58,590 nt of DNA. Origin: Armatimonadota bacterium (GTDB taxonomy: Bacteria; Sysuimicrobiota; Sysuimicrobiia; Sysuimicrobiales; Humicultoraceae). Numbering within the stretch: the first letter of the stretch is position 1; every line of letters begins with the position of its first letter. The translations under genes were made by a program, and so were the position numbers. The notes under the pieces were generated by a model. It did not search any database, was not told the origin of the DNA, and saw only the letters and a program-made list of their open reading frames with translations. Shown piece after piece: positions 1-9,675 of the stretch. The stretch lies in the NCBI GenBank assembly GCA_037443365.1, contig JBBIOM010000005.1, positions 5,760-64,349 of the forward strand, read 5' to 3'.

Positions 1-33
1 CAAGCCCGGTGGGAGCCCGGGCGATCCGCAACG

Positions 34-489
34 ATGATTGCCCGGTGGATCGCGCTAGGGGCGCTTGCCGCGGCCTGCGTTGTCCTGTTCGCCGCGCCGG
101 TGGCCGCGGCCGGGATCCTGCTCGGCGTGTTCTGGGGCACGGCGGCGGTCGCGCTGGGGAGCATCGTCGTATCAGCCGTAGTGCTCTACCTCGCCCCGAA
201 GGTCAGACGCACCACCCTGCTGGGCCGATCGCTATCCTGGATTCGGAGGTGGGCCACCGAACGCGCGGCGCATCCCGGCGCGGCGGTGAGGTGGGCCTAC
301 CACGTCGGTGGTGGATTGGGATTCGTTGTTTCGTCTGTTCTCCTTGGTCCCACGGTAACCAGCCTCATGATAGCGCTCGTCCGCGGGCACCGGCGCCGGC
401 TCTGGCCCGTCGTGATCGGCAGCAGCCTGGTGTTCGCAGCGTTCGCCGTGAACCTCTTCGCCGGGCTCTGGGCCCTGGTCAGGCGATGA
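34..489 (+). CDS. Hypothetical integral membrane protein
   Basis: 151-aa ORF with about 4 hydrophobic segments and GC-type codon usage; no motif recognised. Confidence 0.6.
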   Translation: MIARWIALGALAAACVVLFAAPVAAAGILLGVFWGTAAVALGSIVVSAVVLYLAPKVRRTTLLGRSLSWIRRWATERAAHPGAAVRWAYHVGGGLGFVVSSVLLGPTVTSLMIALVRGHRRRLWPVVIGSSLVFAAFAVNLFAGLWALVRR

Positions 490-505
490 GACGCAGCGCG
501 TCCGT

Positions 506-1411
506 CTAAGCCACCTCGGGAGTCCCGTACATCTGATCCGGCGCAAGGACCTCGGGGAACCGCGCCCGCAGCCCCAGACGGCACTCGTAGCACAGGTGAC
601 AGGCATCGGCGTAGGCGTCTTCGCACGCCAGCCCATAGCGGCGGGCCAGCTCCGCCGGACCGCCCGCCAGGAGCGGGCCGGTGATGGGGTTCAAGTCAGG
701 GGCGTACGTCCGGCAGATCCGTTCGAGCGGGGCGCGGAAGAGGTTGCCCACGACTATTCCCTGGCAGATGTGCAGGTTCCCGAACGCATCCACGTGCACC
801 CGTCCGGGCTCGCGCAGGTCCTCATGCGGGCATTCCGTGAACCGCTCCCATGCCTGCCGCGCGGCCCGCCCGACCAGCTTCTCCGCGGCGCGTCCCCGGT
901 ACATGACGGCCGACTCGCCCGGCGGGAGCTGGCCGACCGACGGTGCCGCGCTCGTCGCCTCGGGCTGGGCCACGCAGATCGTGCCGGATGAGATGCCCAG
1001 CTTCAGGGCCGCGGCGCTCGCGTGACGCGCCTGCTGGCTTAGCTGCTCGTCCCAGTGGTACAGGTCGCTGCTGACCGAGAGGTCCTGGATCCGTCGGGCC
1101 AAAGGACGCAGCCACGCGACCGCGTCCTGCACCTGTGTTGCCCAGTAGGCGTTCGACACGACCCCCACGCGGAAGCCCATGCGCGCGGCCATGCGCACCC
1201 CTCTCACCAGGACAGGGTAATAGAGGAACGGCTCCCCGCCCTCGAAGTAGATGGACTTGACAGTATCGAGGTTCCTCGCCTGGCGCAGGATACGCCGTAT
1301 GCAGCCAAGCGTCATCGTCCCGCTCTGCCGCGGGCTTCCCCAGACGAAGCAGTGGTCGCACTCCATGTTGCACTGGTAGGTCAGGAGGAGATGAAGCCCT
1401 GACAACGTCAC
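506..1411 (-). CDS. Radical SAM protein with C-terminal Cys cluster
   Basis: CNMECDHC (CxxxCxxC), FEGGEPF, and C-terminal C..C..CHLCYEC; GGAGG 8 nt before GTG at 1411. Confidence 0.88.
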   Translation of the reverse strand: MTLSGLHLLLTYQCNMECDHCFVWGSPRQSGTMTLGCIRRILRQARNLDTVKSIYFEGGEPFLYYPVLVRGVRMAARMGFRVGVVSNAYWATQVQDAVAWLRPLARRIQDLSVSSDLYHWDEQLSQQARHASAAALKLGISSGTICVAQPEATSAAPSVGQLPPGESAVMYRGRAAEKLVGRAARQAWERFTECPHEDLREPGRVHVDAFGNLHICQGIVVGNLFRAPLERICRTYAPDLNPITGPLLAGGPAELARRYGLACEDAYADACHLCYECRLGLRARFPEVLAPDQMYGTPEVA

Positions 1412-1492
1412 GCCAACCACCTCCGATCAAGGGTCTTCGCCCTTGCCGGACGCGGCCCTGCGCCCCTACCATCACAGCAGGGAGGTGTGCCC

Positions 1493-2194
1493 GTGTCGCG
1501 CACCGCGATTGCGATCACTGCGCTCGCCCTTGGCTGTGCGGCCGCGTGGGCAGGCCCCAACTCCTACGCCGAAGCCCGCCGCACGATGGTGGAGACCCAG
1601 ATCAGGGCGCGCGGCGTCTCGGACGAGCGGGTGGTGCGCGCGATGCTGGCCGTCCCCCGGCACAGGTTTGTGCCCGACCGGTACCTGCCGCAGGCCTACA
1701 ACGACCATCCTTTGCCCATCGGGCACGGCCAGACGATCTCGCAGCCCTACATCGTGGCCCTGATGTCCCAGGAGGCAGGGGTGAAGCCCGGCCACCGGGT
1801 GCTCGAGATAGGCACGGGGTCAGGCTACCAGGCGGCCGTGCTGGCGGAGCTTACGGCGCATGACCGGGTCTACACCATCGAGATCATCGAGCCGCTGGCG
1901 CGCCAGGCGGCGCAGCGCCTGCGCGACCTGGGCTACGCGCGGGTGCACACGCGCATCGGTGACGGCTACCTGGGTTGGAGCGAGGCCGCGCCGTTCGACG
2001 CGATCCTGGTCACCGCCGCGCCGGACCACGTTCCGCCCCCGTTGGTGCAGCAGCTCAAGGAGGGGGGACGCATGGTGGTGCCGGTGGGTCCTCCCGGGCT
2101 GGTGCAGACGCTGTGGCGCATCAACAAGGAGCAGGGGCAGCTGAAGTTCCACAATCTGGGCAGCGTGGCGTTCGTGCCGCTGGTGAGGCGGTAG
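1493..2194 (+). CDS. pcm: Protein-L-isoaspartate(D-aspartate) O-methyltransferase with N-terminal signal-peptide-like segment
   Basis: VPRHRFV, PIGHGQTISQP, VLEIGTGSGYQAA, GDGYLGW..APFDAILVTAA, FVPL motifs; GGAGG at 1481-1485. Confidence 0.93.
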   Translation: MSRTAIAITALALGCAAAWAGPNSYAEARRTMVETQIRARGVSDERVVRAMLAVPRHRFVPDRYLPQAYNDHPLPIGHGQTISQPYIVALMSQEAGVKPGHRVLEIGTGSGYQAAVLAELTAHDRVYTIEIIEPLARQAAQRLRDLGYARVHTRIGDGYLGWSEAAPFDAILVTAAPDHVPPPLVQQLKEGGRMVVPVGPPGLVQTLWRINKEQGQLKFHNLGSVAFVPLVRR

Positions 2195-2223
2195 CGGCGG
2201 GCGCCGCGAGCGGCACCTGACGC

Positions 2224-4758
2224 TCACGGAGGACATCCTGCGCGTCGCACCGCGATCCCGGCCGTCAGGTAGGCGATTCCCCCGAGAGTCAGCACCACGG
2301 GGAACCCCCATTCCAGCGCGACCATCGCGGCCAGGATCGAGGCCACCACCGAGGCGCACCCATTGATCCCCCATGCCCACGGGACCAGATGCGGGGCGGT
2401 CCTGCCCAACAGCCGGATGCCTGCGGGGAACGGCATTCCCATGAGCAGGCCGAGCGGGAGGATGACGGCGGCAAGCACAGCGATGCGCCCGGGCAGGGGC
2501 AGGCCCAGCGCGGAGTCGAGGATGCGCGGCAACGCCGCCGCGGCGCCCAGGGCCGATGCGGCCAGCACCGCAAGCGCAGCGGGCAGCCATGAGCCCAGGC
2601 GAGGCGCCAGCAGGCTGCCCGCTCCGGAGGCCAGCAGCAGGCCGGCCAGCACCGCGGCCGCCGCGTACGTTGGATGCCCCAGCACCAGGATCATCTGCTG
2701 CAGGAGCGGGATCTCGATGAAGAGGTAGCCGACACCCAGCGCCAGGAAGTAGGCGAAGACAGGCCATCGTTGCCGCGCGCCGTGGGTGCCGGGCAGCGGG
2801 TGCGCAGGGCCCGACTTGCGTGCGGCACCCAGCGCGCGCAGGGGGATCAGGATGAGGCCTGCGCTGAGCACGGCCGCGGTGCCCAACAGCACCAGCAGCA
2901 CCAGATAGCCCCCGCCGCCAAACGGCTGCCAGGTGTGTCCCAGTCCCGCCAGGATCTGCGGCACCTGGCGCCACCGGAAGAAGTGGAAGAAGAAGGGCCG
3001 CCCATCGCGCACCGGGCTCACATCGAACGGGTACGCGCGCAGGAAGCCGGCGCGGCGCCCTGGGTCCAGGATGGCGACGAAGGCATCGCGGTGAGCATCT
3101 CTGGGCAGGACGTTGAAGCGGTTGCCTTCCCAGGCAGGCACCCCAGGCGCGTGGGTGATGTCGAAGCGCCGCGAGGCAGCGAAGGTGCGCAACGCCGTCA
3201 CATCCGCGGGGCTGAAACCACTCGGCTTGACCAGGATCGTCATGGTGTTCATTGAGCGGAGCGCGGCCAGGCAGGCCTCGTGTGCGGGGATCTGCGCGCC
3301 CGGGGCCCGCCCTTCGAGCGCGGCTACTGCCGCCCCCCACACCCTGATCTCCTCGCTGGGAGGCGTCTGGATCCAGCGGGTGACCGCGAGCACGCCGCCG
3401 GGCGCGAGGGCGCGCACGTAGTCGCGGAAGGCCTCGACCGTGTACGTGTGGTGCTCGGCCAGAGAGAAGGCCCCGGAGGCCACCACCTGAAACGATTCCC
3501 GCGGCGGCACCTGGATGACGTCGAACCGTTCTGTTGTGCGCCGCATGTACGTTCGGGGATTCTCGGTGATGGTGCGCACTACGGGCCGGCCGCGGGGTCT
3601 CGCGAGGGCGTCGCCGGCGAGCCGGTGCGCGGCCTCGACCACCAGGGGGTTGCCCTCCAGCACTGCTACGTCCCGCATTCCGTGGTGTAGAGCGCCCAGG
3701 ACCTCCACGCCCATCCCCACGATCAGGGCGCGCCCCTGGCCGAGCCGGTAGGCCCCTAGCCGGTAGGCCGACGCCGCGGGCAGGTACTCGGTGAAGGAGG
3801 CGTCCACATCGGCAGGCAATCCTCGCAGGCCGTCGCCGTCGGTTACAAGGCCGGGCAGCGAGGGCGGCACACCCGGGAAGGCGACGCTCATTCCTGGAGC
3901 CGACCGCACGGCGGTGCTTCGCACGACATCCACCCGCGCGACCGCGCTCCACCGGGAGAAGACGACTCGGGCATCCGGGAAGAGGCGTACCTGGCTGAGG
4001 GTCTTGTAAGGAGACAAGGGAAGGTCGAACGGTACCGTGAACGCGGTCAGCGCCGCTGCCAGGGCGAGCGCCCCCGAGGCCGCTGCCGCGCGTCTGCCCG
4101 GTGACGAGTTCCAGGCACCCGCCGCGTCATTGCCGCCTGCCTCGGGCAGGCCCCACCAAAGCAGGGCCGCGCCTGCGGATGCGACCGCACCGGCCAGGAT
4201 CATCGCGCCCGGTCCTTGCAGCACACCCAGGATCGGCACCGCGGCCAGCGCGCCTGCCCCGGCGCCGAGAAACGACGCCGCGTAGAGACTTCCGGCGGCC
4301 TCGGGGAACCCGGCCAGGACCGCTCCCACCGCCAGGCCGGCGGCGAAGAATGGGATCACCAGGGCCGCCACCTGAATCGCGAGGTATGCGGACTGGACCG
4401 GCTCGAGCGCCATCAGGTAGGCGTCGAAGGGCACCAGGGCGACGGCGAGGAGGGCCACGGCTGTCGCGGGCATCACAAGCAGCGCTCCCCACGCCGCGGT
4501 GCGCACCGGCGCCCGCCGCAGGCCTGGGGTTACCGCAAGCGCGGTCCCGCTGGCCCCGAAGCCGAGCAGCCCCAACCCCACGGCCATGAAGGCGAAGTGG
4601 TGCCACTGCACCACGGCAAAGACCCGGGTGAGGGCAAGCTGCAGCAGCAGGGCCGCGCCGGAGACCAGGGCGACGCCCGCCTGGATCCGTCCCACAGCAC
4701 CCGGAGGTTTTCGGCACGCGCGGCGTTTCGCCTGCGCTCCCGGAAGGCCCGCGGTCAT
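2224..4758 (-). CDS. Multi-pass membrane protein with central spermidine-synthase-like SAM-binding domain (start uncertain)
   Basis: N- and C-terminal TM bundles; YTVEAF..Y, DGRPFFFHF, LMGMPFP.G and WAWGING..SV motifs of this family. Confidence 0.8.
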   Translation of the reverse strand: MTAGLPGAQAKRRACRKPPGAVGRIQAGVALVSGAALLLQLALTRVFAVVQWHHFAFMAVGLGLLGFGASGTALAVTPGLRRAPVRTAAWGALLVMPATAVALLAVALVPFDAYLMALEPVQSAYLAIQVAALVIPFFAAGLAVGAVLAGFPEAAGSLYAASFLGAGAGALAAVPILGVLQGPGAMILAGAVASAGAALLWWGLPEAGGNDAAGAWNSSPGRRAAAASGALALAAALTAFTVPFDLPLSPYKTLSQVRLFPDARVVFSRWSAVARVDVVRSTAVRSAPGMSVAFPGVPPSLPGLVTDGDGLRGLPADVDASFTEYLPAASAYRLGAYRLGQGRALIVGMGVEVLGALHHGMRDVAVLEGNPLVVEAAHRLAGDALARPRGRPVVRTITENPRTYMRRTTERFDVIQVPPRESFQVVASGAFSLAEHHTYTVEAFRDYVRALAPGGVLAVTRWIQTPPSEEIRVWGAAVAALEGRAPGAQIPAHEACLAALRSMNTMTILVKPSGFSPADVTALRTFAASRRFDITHAPGVPAWEGNRFNVLPRDAHRDAFVAILDPGRRAGFLRAYPFDVSPVRDGRPFFFHFFRWRQVPQILAGLGHTWQPFGGGGYLVLLVLLGTAAVLSAGLILIPLRALGAARKSGPAHPLPGTHGARQRWPVFAYFLALGVGYLFIEIPLLQQMILVLGHPTYAAAAVLAGLLLASGAGSLLAPRLGSWLPAALAVLAASALGAAAALPRILDSALGLPLPGRIAVLAAVILPLGLLMGMPFPAGIRLLGRTAPHLVPWAWGINGCASVVASILAAMVALEWGFPVVLTLGGIAYLTAGIAVRRAGCPP

Positions 4759-4805
4759 GAAGGATTCCTTCACCCCAACCGCCTGGTGCGAGAAGGATTT
4801 CTTCG
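4758..4805. promoter_or_regulatory. Pair of 15-bp palindromes, candidate MurR/RpiR operators
   Basis: TGAAGGATTCCTTCA (4758-4772) and AGAAGGATTTCTTCG (4791-4805), 33 bp apart, directly upstream of the RpiR-family gene. Confidence 0.5.
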
Positions 4806-4825
4806 CGCCGCCCCAGAAGACCACG

Positions 4826-5692
4826 ATGATGCCTCCTGTGCGCCACGCCGGCATCGGCAGTCTGACACGGCTTCGCGAACTTCGCCCGCGCCTCGCCGAC
4901 GCGGAACGCCGATTGGCCACCTACATCCTGCGGCACCCCCGTCAGATACTGGACTCCTCGATCACCCTCGTCGCGGGGCGGGCACGCGTGAGCGAGGCCA
5001 CGGTCGTGCGCCTGTGCCGCCGTATTGGGTGCCGCGGGTATCAGGATCTGCGCATCCGGCTGGCGGCCGATCTCGTGCTTCCGCCGCGGCAGATCTACGA
5101 CGAGATAGACCCTGGCGATGATTGTCCCGCGGTCAAGCGCAAGGTGTTTGGGATCTCGATCCGGGCCCTCGAGGAGACCCTGGACGTGCTCGAGGACGGG
5201 GCGCTGGAAGCCGCGGTCGAGGCGATCGCCGCGGCGCGGCAGGTGGACTTCTACGGCGTGGGGGCGTCGGGAATCGTGGCGATGGACGCGCAGCAGAAGC
5301 TCCTGCGCATAGGCATTGCCGCGCAGGCGTTCGTGGACCCGCACGTGCAGGCGGCCTCGGCGGCCCTGCTCCGCCGCGGCGACGTCGCGGTGGGCATCTC
5401 GCACTCGGGCTCAACCAGGGACACGGTCCACGCGCTCGGGGTGGCGCGCTCAGCCGGCGCGACGACCGTGGCCATCACGCGGTACGGTCCGTCCCCGATC
5501 GAGGCGGTCGCGCAGATCCGGCTGCACACCATCTCGACCGAGGGCGGCATACGCGGTGCCGCCATTGCCAGCCGCATGGCGCAGCTCGCCGTGGTGGACG
5601 CCATCACGATGTCCGTGGCGCTCCGTCGCTACGAGGAGACGCTGGCGGCGCTGCGGGCGACGCGCGACGCGGTCGCGGAGAAGAAGTTCTGA
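4826..5692 (+). CDS. murR: MurR/RpiR-family transcriptional regulator (HTH + SIS)
   Basis: VSEATVVRLCRRIG..GYQDLR HTH; YGVGASG and ISHSGST SIS motifs; heads a murQ/anmK operon. Confidence 0.88.
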   Translation: MMPPVRHAGIGSLTRLRELRPRLADAERRLATYILRHPRQILDSSITLVAGRARVSEATVVRLCRRIGCRGYQDLRIRLAADLVLPPRQIYDEIDPGDDCPAVKRKVFGISIRALEETLDVLEDGALEAAVEAIAAARQVDFYGVGASGIVAMDAQQKLLRIGIAAQAFVDPHVQAASAALLRRGDVAVGISHSGSTRDTVHALGVARSAGATTVAITRYGPSPIEAVAQIRLHTISTEGGIRGAAIASRMAQLAVVDAITMSVALRRYEETLAALRATRDAVAEKKF

Positions 5693-6264
5693 TGGAGACC
5701 CCCAGGGTGCGGGGAATGCGATCGGGCGACGTCGAGGCGGTCGCGCAGATCGTCGCCGGCGAGGAGCTCTGGAAGCGCTACGGCCTGACACTGCAGCGGG
5801 CTCGTCGTGTGCTGGCACGGGCGCAGGCGGCGCGGCGGCGCGGCGGGGTCTATGCGCGCAATGCCGGGGAGATGGCAGTCGCCGTCCAGGACCGGCGAAT
5901 CCAGGGCTTCGTCTGGTTTCACCGCAAGGGCACCTTCCGCCACAGCGGGTACATCCAGTGGATCGCGGTGGCTCCCACGGCCCGTGGCCGGGGCGTGGGC
6001 AGGCTTCTCATGCGCTACGCCGAGGAGCGGATCCTCAGGAAGGGCCCCAACGTGTTGCTGCTGGTCTCCGACTTCAACTCGCGGGCGCAGGCGTTCTACG
6101 AGAAGCTGGGCTACGCGCGGGTGGGAGCGATCCCTGACTACATGGTGCGGGGCATCACCGAGTATCTCTATCGCAAGACGCGGGGGCCGGTCTCGACGAG
6201 GGTTCCAGGAGAGGAAACGCAGGGCAGGTACCATACGGAACATCAAAGGAGGGGACGGCGGTGA
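5692..6264 (+). CDS. GNAT-family N-acetyltransferase
   Basis: IAVAPTARGRGVGRLL acetyl-CoA motif and N..AQAFYEKLGY; TGATG overlap with the upstream gene. Confidence 0.85.
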   Translation: METPRVRGMRSGDVEAVAQIVAGEELWKRYGLTLQRARRVLARAQAARRRGGVYARNAGEMAVAVQDRRIQGFVWFHRKGTFRHSGYIQWIAVAPTARGRGVGRLLMRYAEERILRKGPNVLLLVSDFNSRAQAFYEKLGYARVGAIPDYMVRGITEYLYRKTRGPVSTRVPGEETQGRYHTEHQRRGRR

Positions 6265-7775
6265 AAGGACGCTGGTGGTTGCTACTCGTGGTCGCGGCGC
6301 TGGCATTGCCCGTGATGCCCGTGCGCGCGGGCCCGGCCGGGGTTACGTTCACGATCGGCGTGGACCAGGAAGTCGTAGGGCTGGATCCCAACCTGGTGAC
6401 GGCCTTTTCCTCGTTCCGGCGCATTGACTTCCTTTACAACAAGCTGGTCCGGTACAACGACAAGCTCGAGATCGAGCCGGATCTTGCCGAGTCATGGGAG
6501 TTCCCCGACCCGCGGACCGCGGTCTTCAGGCTGCGCCGCGGGGTGAAGTTCCACAGCGGCGCCGAGATGACTTCCGAGGATGTGAAGTTCACCCTCGACC
6601 GCGTGCTGGACCCGGCCACAAGGTCGCCCGGCAGGTCCTTCATTGATGTAATCAAGGAGATCGAAACCCCGGACCGCCACACGGTGCGGATCAAGATGAC
6701 CTTCCCGCTCGCGTCGCTGCTCTCCGGCCTGGCGTCGGCCAACCTCTCGATCGTAGAGAAGGCGGCCGTCCTGCGGCACGGGAACCTGCAGCGAAACGTC
6801 GCCGGCACCGGGCCGTTCATGCTCGCGGAATGGGTCCCCGACAACTTCATGCGGATGGTGAAGAACCCCAACTACTTCCGCAGCGGCCTGCCCAACTTCG
6901 ACACGCTCATAATCCGGGTGATTCCCGATCAGGCCTCGCTTCTCGCCGGCGTGCGGACGCGCGCGTTGGACATGGCCACCATCAACCAGGGGCCGGTGAT
7001 TGCCGCCGCGAAGCGGGAGGCCGCCCTGAACGTCATGCAGAAGGCCGGCATCAACCTGAGGATCTTCGCGTTCAACACAACCCGGCCGCCCTTCACCGAC
7101 CCGAGGGTGCGGTACGCGCTGTCGTTCGCGATTGACAGGCAGGCGATCGTGAACACCGCTGAGTTCGGCTTCGCAACGGTCTCCGGGCCGGTATCCGCCC
7201 CCACGCCGTGGGCGCTGCCGACCACGCGCTTCCCTTCATACACCCAGAACATCGCGCGCGCGCGCCAGATGCTGGCCGAGGCCGGCTTCCCGACTGGGTT
7301 CGCCACCCGGATCGTCACCTCGCCCACCTACGAGGGAGGCATAGCGGTGGCGCAGGTGATCCAGGAGCAGCTCCGGGCGATCGGCGTGAGTGCGACGCTC
7401 GAGACGCTCGAGTGGGGAACCTACATCAACAGGTGGGTCGCCCGCGACTTCGACACCATGATCGAGCTTCGCGGAGGAGACCCTGACCCCGACAGGTTCC
7501 TGTACCGGACGTTCCACAGCACAGGCGCCGTCAACAACTTCCTGTTCAAGGACGGGGCCATAGACCGCCTGCTGGAGCGGGGGCGCGTGAACCTCGATGC
7601 CGATGCGCGCCGACCCATCTACGATGATCTGCAGCGCGCCCTGATAGAGGCGGCGCCGGCCCTGTTCCTGTACGTTCCGATGGAGACGCAGGTGCTTCAG
7701 GGGTATGTGCGGGGCTTCCGGATCATCGGTAACGGCGCCCTGTACCTGTTGGAGCGGGCGACGGTAGAGCGCTAG
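6261..7775 (+). CDS. ABC transporter substrate-binding protein, family 5 (Opp/Dpp type)
   Basis: Signal peptide; PDLAESWE, LRRGVKFH.G, GTGPF and DPRVRYAL..AIDR motifs. Confidence 0.92.
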   Translation: MKGRWWLLLVVAALALPVMPVRAGPAGVTFTIGVDQEVVGLDPNLVTAFSSFRRIDFLYNKLVRYNDKLEIEPDLAESWEFPDPRTAVFRLRRGVKFHSGAEMTSEDVKFTLDRVLDPATRSPGRSFIDVIKEIETPDRHTVRIKMTFPLASLLSGLASANLSIVEKAAVLRHGNLQRNVAGTGPFMLAEWVPDNFMRMVKNPNYFRSGLPNFDTLIIRVIPDQASLLAGVRTRALDMATINQGPVIAAAKREAALNVMQKAGINLRIFAFNTTRPPFTDPRVRYALSFAIDRQAIVNTAEFGFATVSGPVSAPTPWALPTTRFPSYTQNIARARQMLAEAGFPTGFATRIVTSPTYEGGIAVAQVIQEQLRAIGVSATLETLEWGTYINRWVARDFDTMIELRGGDPDPDRFLYRTFHSTGAVNNFLFKDGAIDRLLERGRVNLDADARRPIYDDLQRALIEAAPALFLYVPMETQVLQGYVRGFRIIGNGALYLLERATVER

Positions 7776-7813
7776 ACCGCGGCGCACGCTTGAGGAGCAA
7801 TCCGAACGGGTGA

Positions 7814-7844
7814 TTCCGGGGCGGCGCAACGTCCCGCCCCGGAA
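7814..7844 (+). other. Intercistronic stem-loop after the SBP gene
   Basis: Perfect 11-bp inverted repeat TTCCGGGGCGG/CCGCCCCGGAA with 9-nt loop; typical position for an mRNA-stabilising hairpin in ABC operons. Confidence 0.65.
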
Positions 7845-7862
7845 CCCGGCCGGTGTCCATCC

Positions 7863-8810
7863 ATGCAACGGTATCTGGCCACGCGCCTGCTGGCGCTCAT
7901 CCCGGTGCTGCTCGGCATCCTTGCCGTCGTCTTCCTCTTGATTCGCATGATACCCGGAGACGCCGTCCAGCTCTTCCTGGGAACCCAGGTGGAGATGACA
8001 CCCGACCAGATGGCTGAACTGCGGCGGTTCTTCGGGGTGGACAAGCCGATCTGGGCCCAGTTCATCGACTACCTGGGCCGGATTCTTCGGGGCGATTTCG
8101 GGGTTTCGCTGCGGACCTCGCGCCCTGTGCTCGGCGACATCCTGGCGCGGCTGCCGCTCTCGTTCCAGCTCGCGATGTTCGCGCTGGCCGTCGCCCTGGC
8201 AATCGCGGTGCCGCTTGGCATCCTCTCGGCGGTTGCGCGCAACTCGGCCTTCGACGTGCTGACGCGCATCGGGGGGCTGCTCGGCCTATCGATGCCCAAC
8301 TTCTGGCTTGGAGCGATGCTGATCCTTGTCTTCTCGCGGTACCTGCACGTCTCTCTTGGCCAATACGTTCCCCTGTCGCAGAATCCGCTGGGCACGCTGG
8401 GAAGCCTCTACCTGCCGGCCATCGCCCTGGGGGTGGCGATCGCGGCGATACTCATGCGCTACATCCGGTCGTCGCTGCTCGAGGTGTTGGGACAGGACTA
8501 CATCCGGACCGCGCGGGGCAAGGGGGTGCGGGCTTCAGCCGTGATGCTCCGGCACGCCCTGCCAAACGCGATGATCCCGGTCATCACGGTGGTGGGGTTC
8601 CAGATGGGCTACCTGCTGGGCGGCACAGTGGTGATCGAGGAGATCTTCGCTCTCCCCGGGATGGGCCGCCTCGTGCTGCAGGCGATCTTCCAGCGAGACT
8701 ATCCGGTCGTTCAGGGAGTCGTGCTGACAATCGCCCTGCTCTTCGTCGTCACCAATCTCGTGGTGGATCTGCTCTATGCCTGGATCGACCCGCGCATTCG
8801 CTACGGGTAG
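7863..8810 (+). CDS. ABC transporter permease (OppB/DppB type)
   Basis: IPGD, GDFGVS, YIRTARGKG...HALPNA, RDYPVVQG and DPRIR motifs. Confidence 0.93.
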   Translation: MQRYLATRLLALIPVLLGILAVVFLLIRMIPGDAVQLFLGTQVEMTPDQMAELRRFFGVDKPIWAQFIDYLGRILRGDFGVSLRTSRPVLGDILARLPLSFQLAMFALAVALAIAVPLGILSAVARNSAFDVLTRIGGLLGLSMPNFWLGAMLILVFSRYLHVSLGQYVPLSQNPLGTLGSLYLPAIALGVAIAAILMRYIRSSLLEVLGQDYIRTARGKGVRASAVMLRHALPNAMIPVITVVGFQMGYLLGGTVVIEEIFALPGMGRLVLQAIFQRDYPVVQGVVLTIALLFVVTNLVVDLLYAWIDPRIRYG

Positions 8811-9675
8811 GGCGTCCTCCGCCGCCGGGCCGCGCATCGGCACCGGCTGGCGGTGGTGGACGCGCCGATTCCTGCGCAACCGCGTCGCGCCGATAGGGTT
8901 CACCATCGTCTTCGCCGGCGTCCTGATCGCGGCCCTCGCGCCTGCGATCGTGCCCCATGACATCAGGGTGATGTCTCCCCAGGACGCTCTCTCCCCGCCA
9001 GGAGGTCGCTACCTGTTCGGCACGGACGAGTTTGGGCGCGACGTGTTCAGCCGCGTGCTGGTGGGATCGCGCATTTCCCTGGTTGTGGCCTTCCTCTCTG
9101 TGCTCGTGGCCGTGGCGCTGGGAACCTCGCTCGGCCTGGCCGCGGGGTACTACGGCGGGTGGTGGGACTCGGTCTCGATGCGGGTCATGGACGTCATCTT
9201 CGCCTTCCCGGCGATACTGCTTGCGATCGCGATAATGGCGGTGCTGGGCACGAGTCTATTCAACCTGGTGATCGCCATCGGGATCGTGTACACGCCCCAG
9301 TTCGCGCGCGTCGCCCGCGCAGCGGCGTTGAGCGTGCGCTCGTTGGAGTTCGTTGACGCCGCCAGGGCGCTGGGGATGGGCAACGCCCGCATCATCGCCA
9401 GGCACCTCATCCCCAACGTGCTGGCCCCATTGATCGTGCAGATCTCGCTGAGCCTTTCGCTGGCGATCCTCTCCGAGTCGGCGCTCAGCTTCCTGGGTCT
9501 TGGCACCCAACCCCCCACGCCCTCGTGGGGCAACATGCTGAGCGACGGCCGGCAGCTGCTTGAACTGGCGCCCTGGAACGCCGTCTTCCCGGGCCTGGCG
9601 ATCATGGTCGTTGTGCTTGGCTTCAACCTGCTGGGCGATGGCCTGCGCGACCTGCTCGATCCGAGGCTGCGATGA
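8776..9675 (+). CDS. ABC transporter permease (OppC/DppC type); start uncertain
   Basis: FGTDEFGRDVFSR, EFVDAARALG, ESALSFLGLG..PP.PSWG and GDGLRDLLDPR motifs. Confidence 0.92.
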   Translation: MPGSTRAFATGRASSAAGPRIGTGWRWWTRRFLRNRVAPIGFTIVFAGVLIAALAPAIVPHDIRVMSPQDALSPPGGRYLFGTDEFGRDVFSRVLVGSRISLVVAFLSVLVAVALGTSLGLAAGYYGGWWDSVSMRVMDVIFAFPAILLAIAIMAVLGTSLFNLVIAIGIVYTPQFARVARAAALSVRSLEFVDAARALGMGNARIIARHLIPNVLAPLIVQISLSLSLAILSESALSFLGLGTQPPTPSWGNMLSDGRQLLELAPWNAVFPGLAIMVVVLGFNLLGDGLRDLLDPRLR

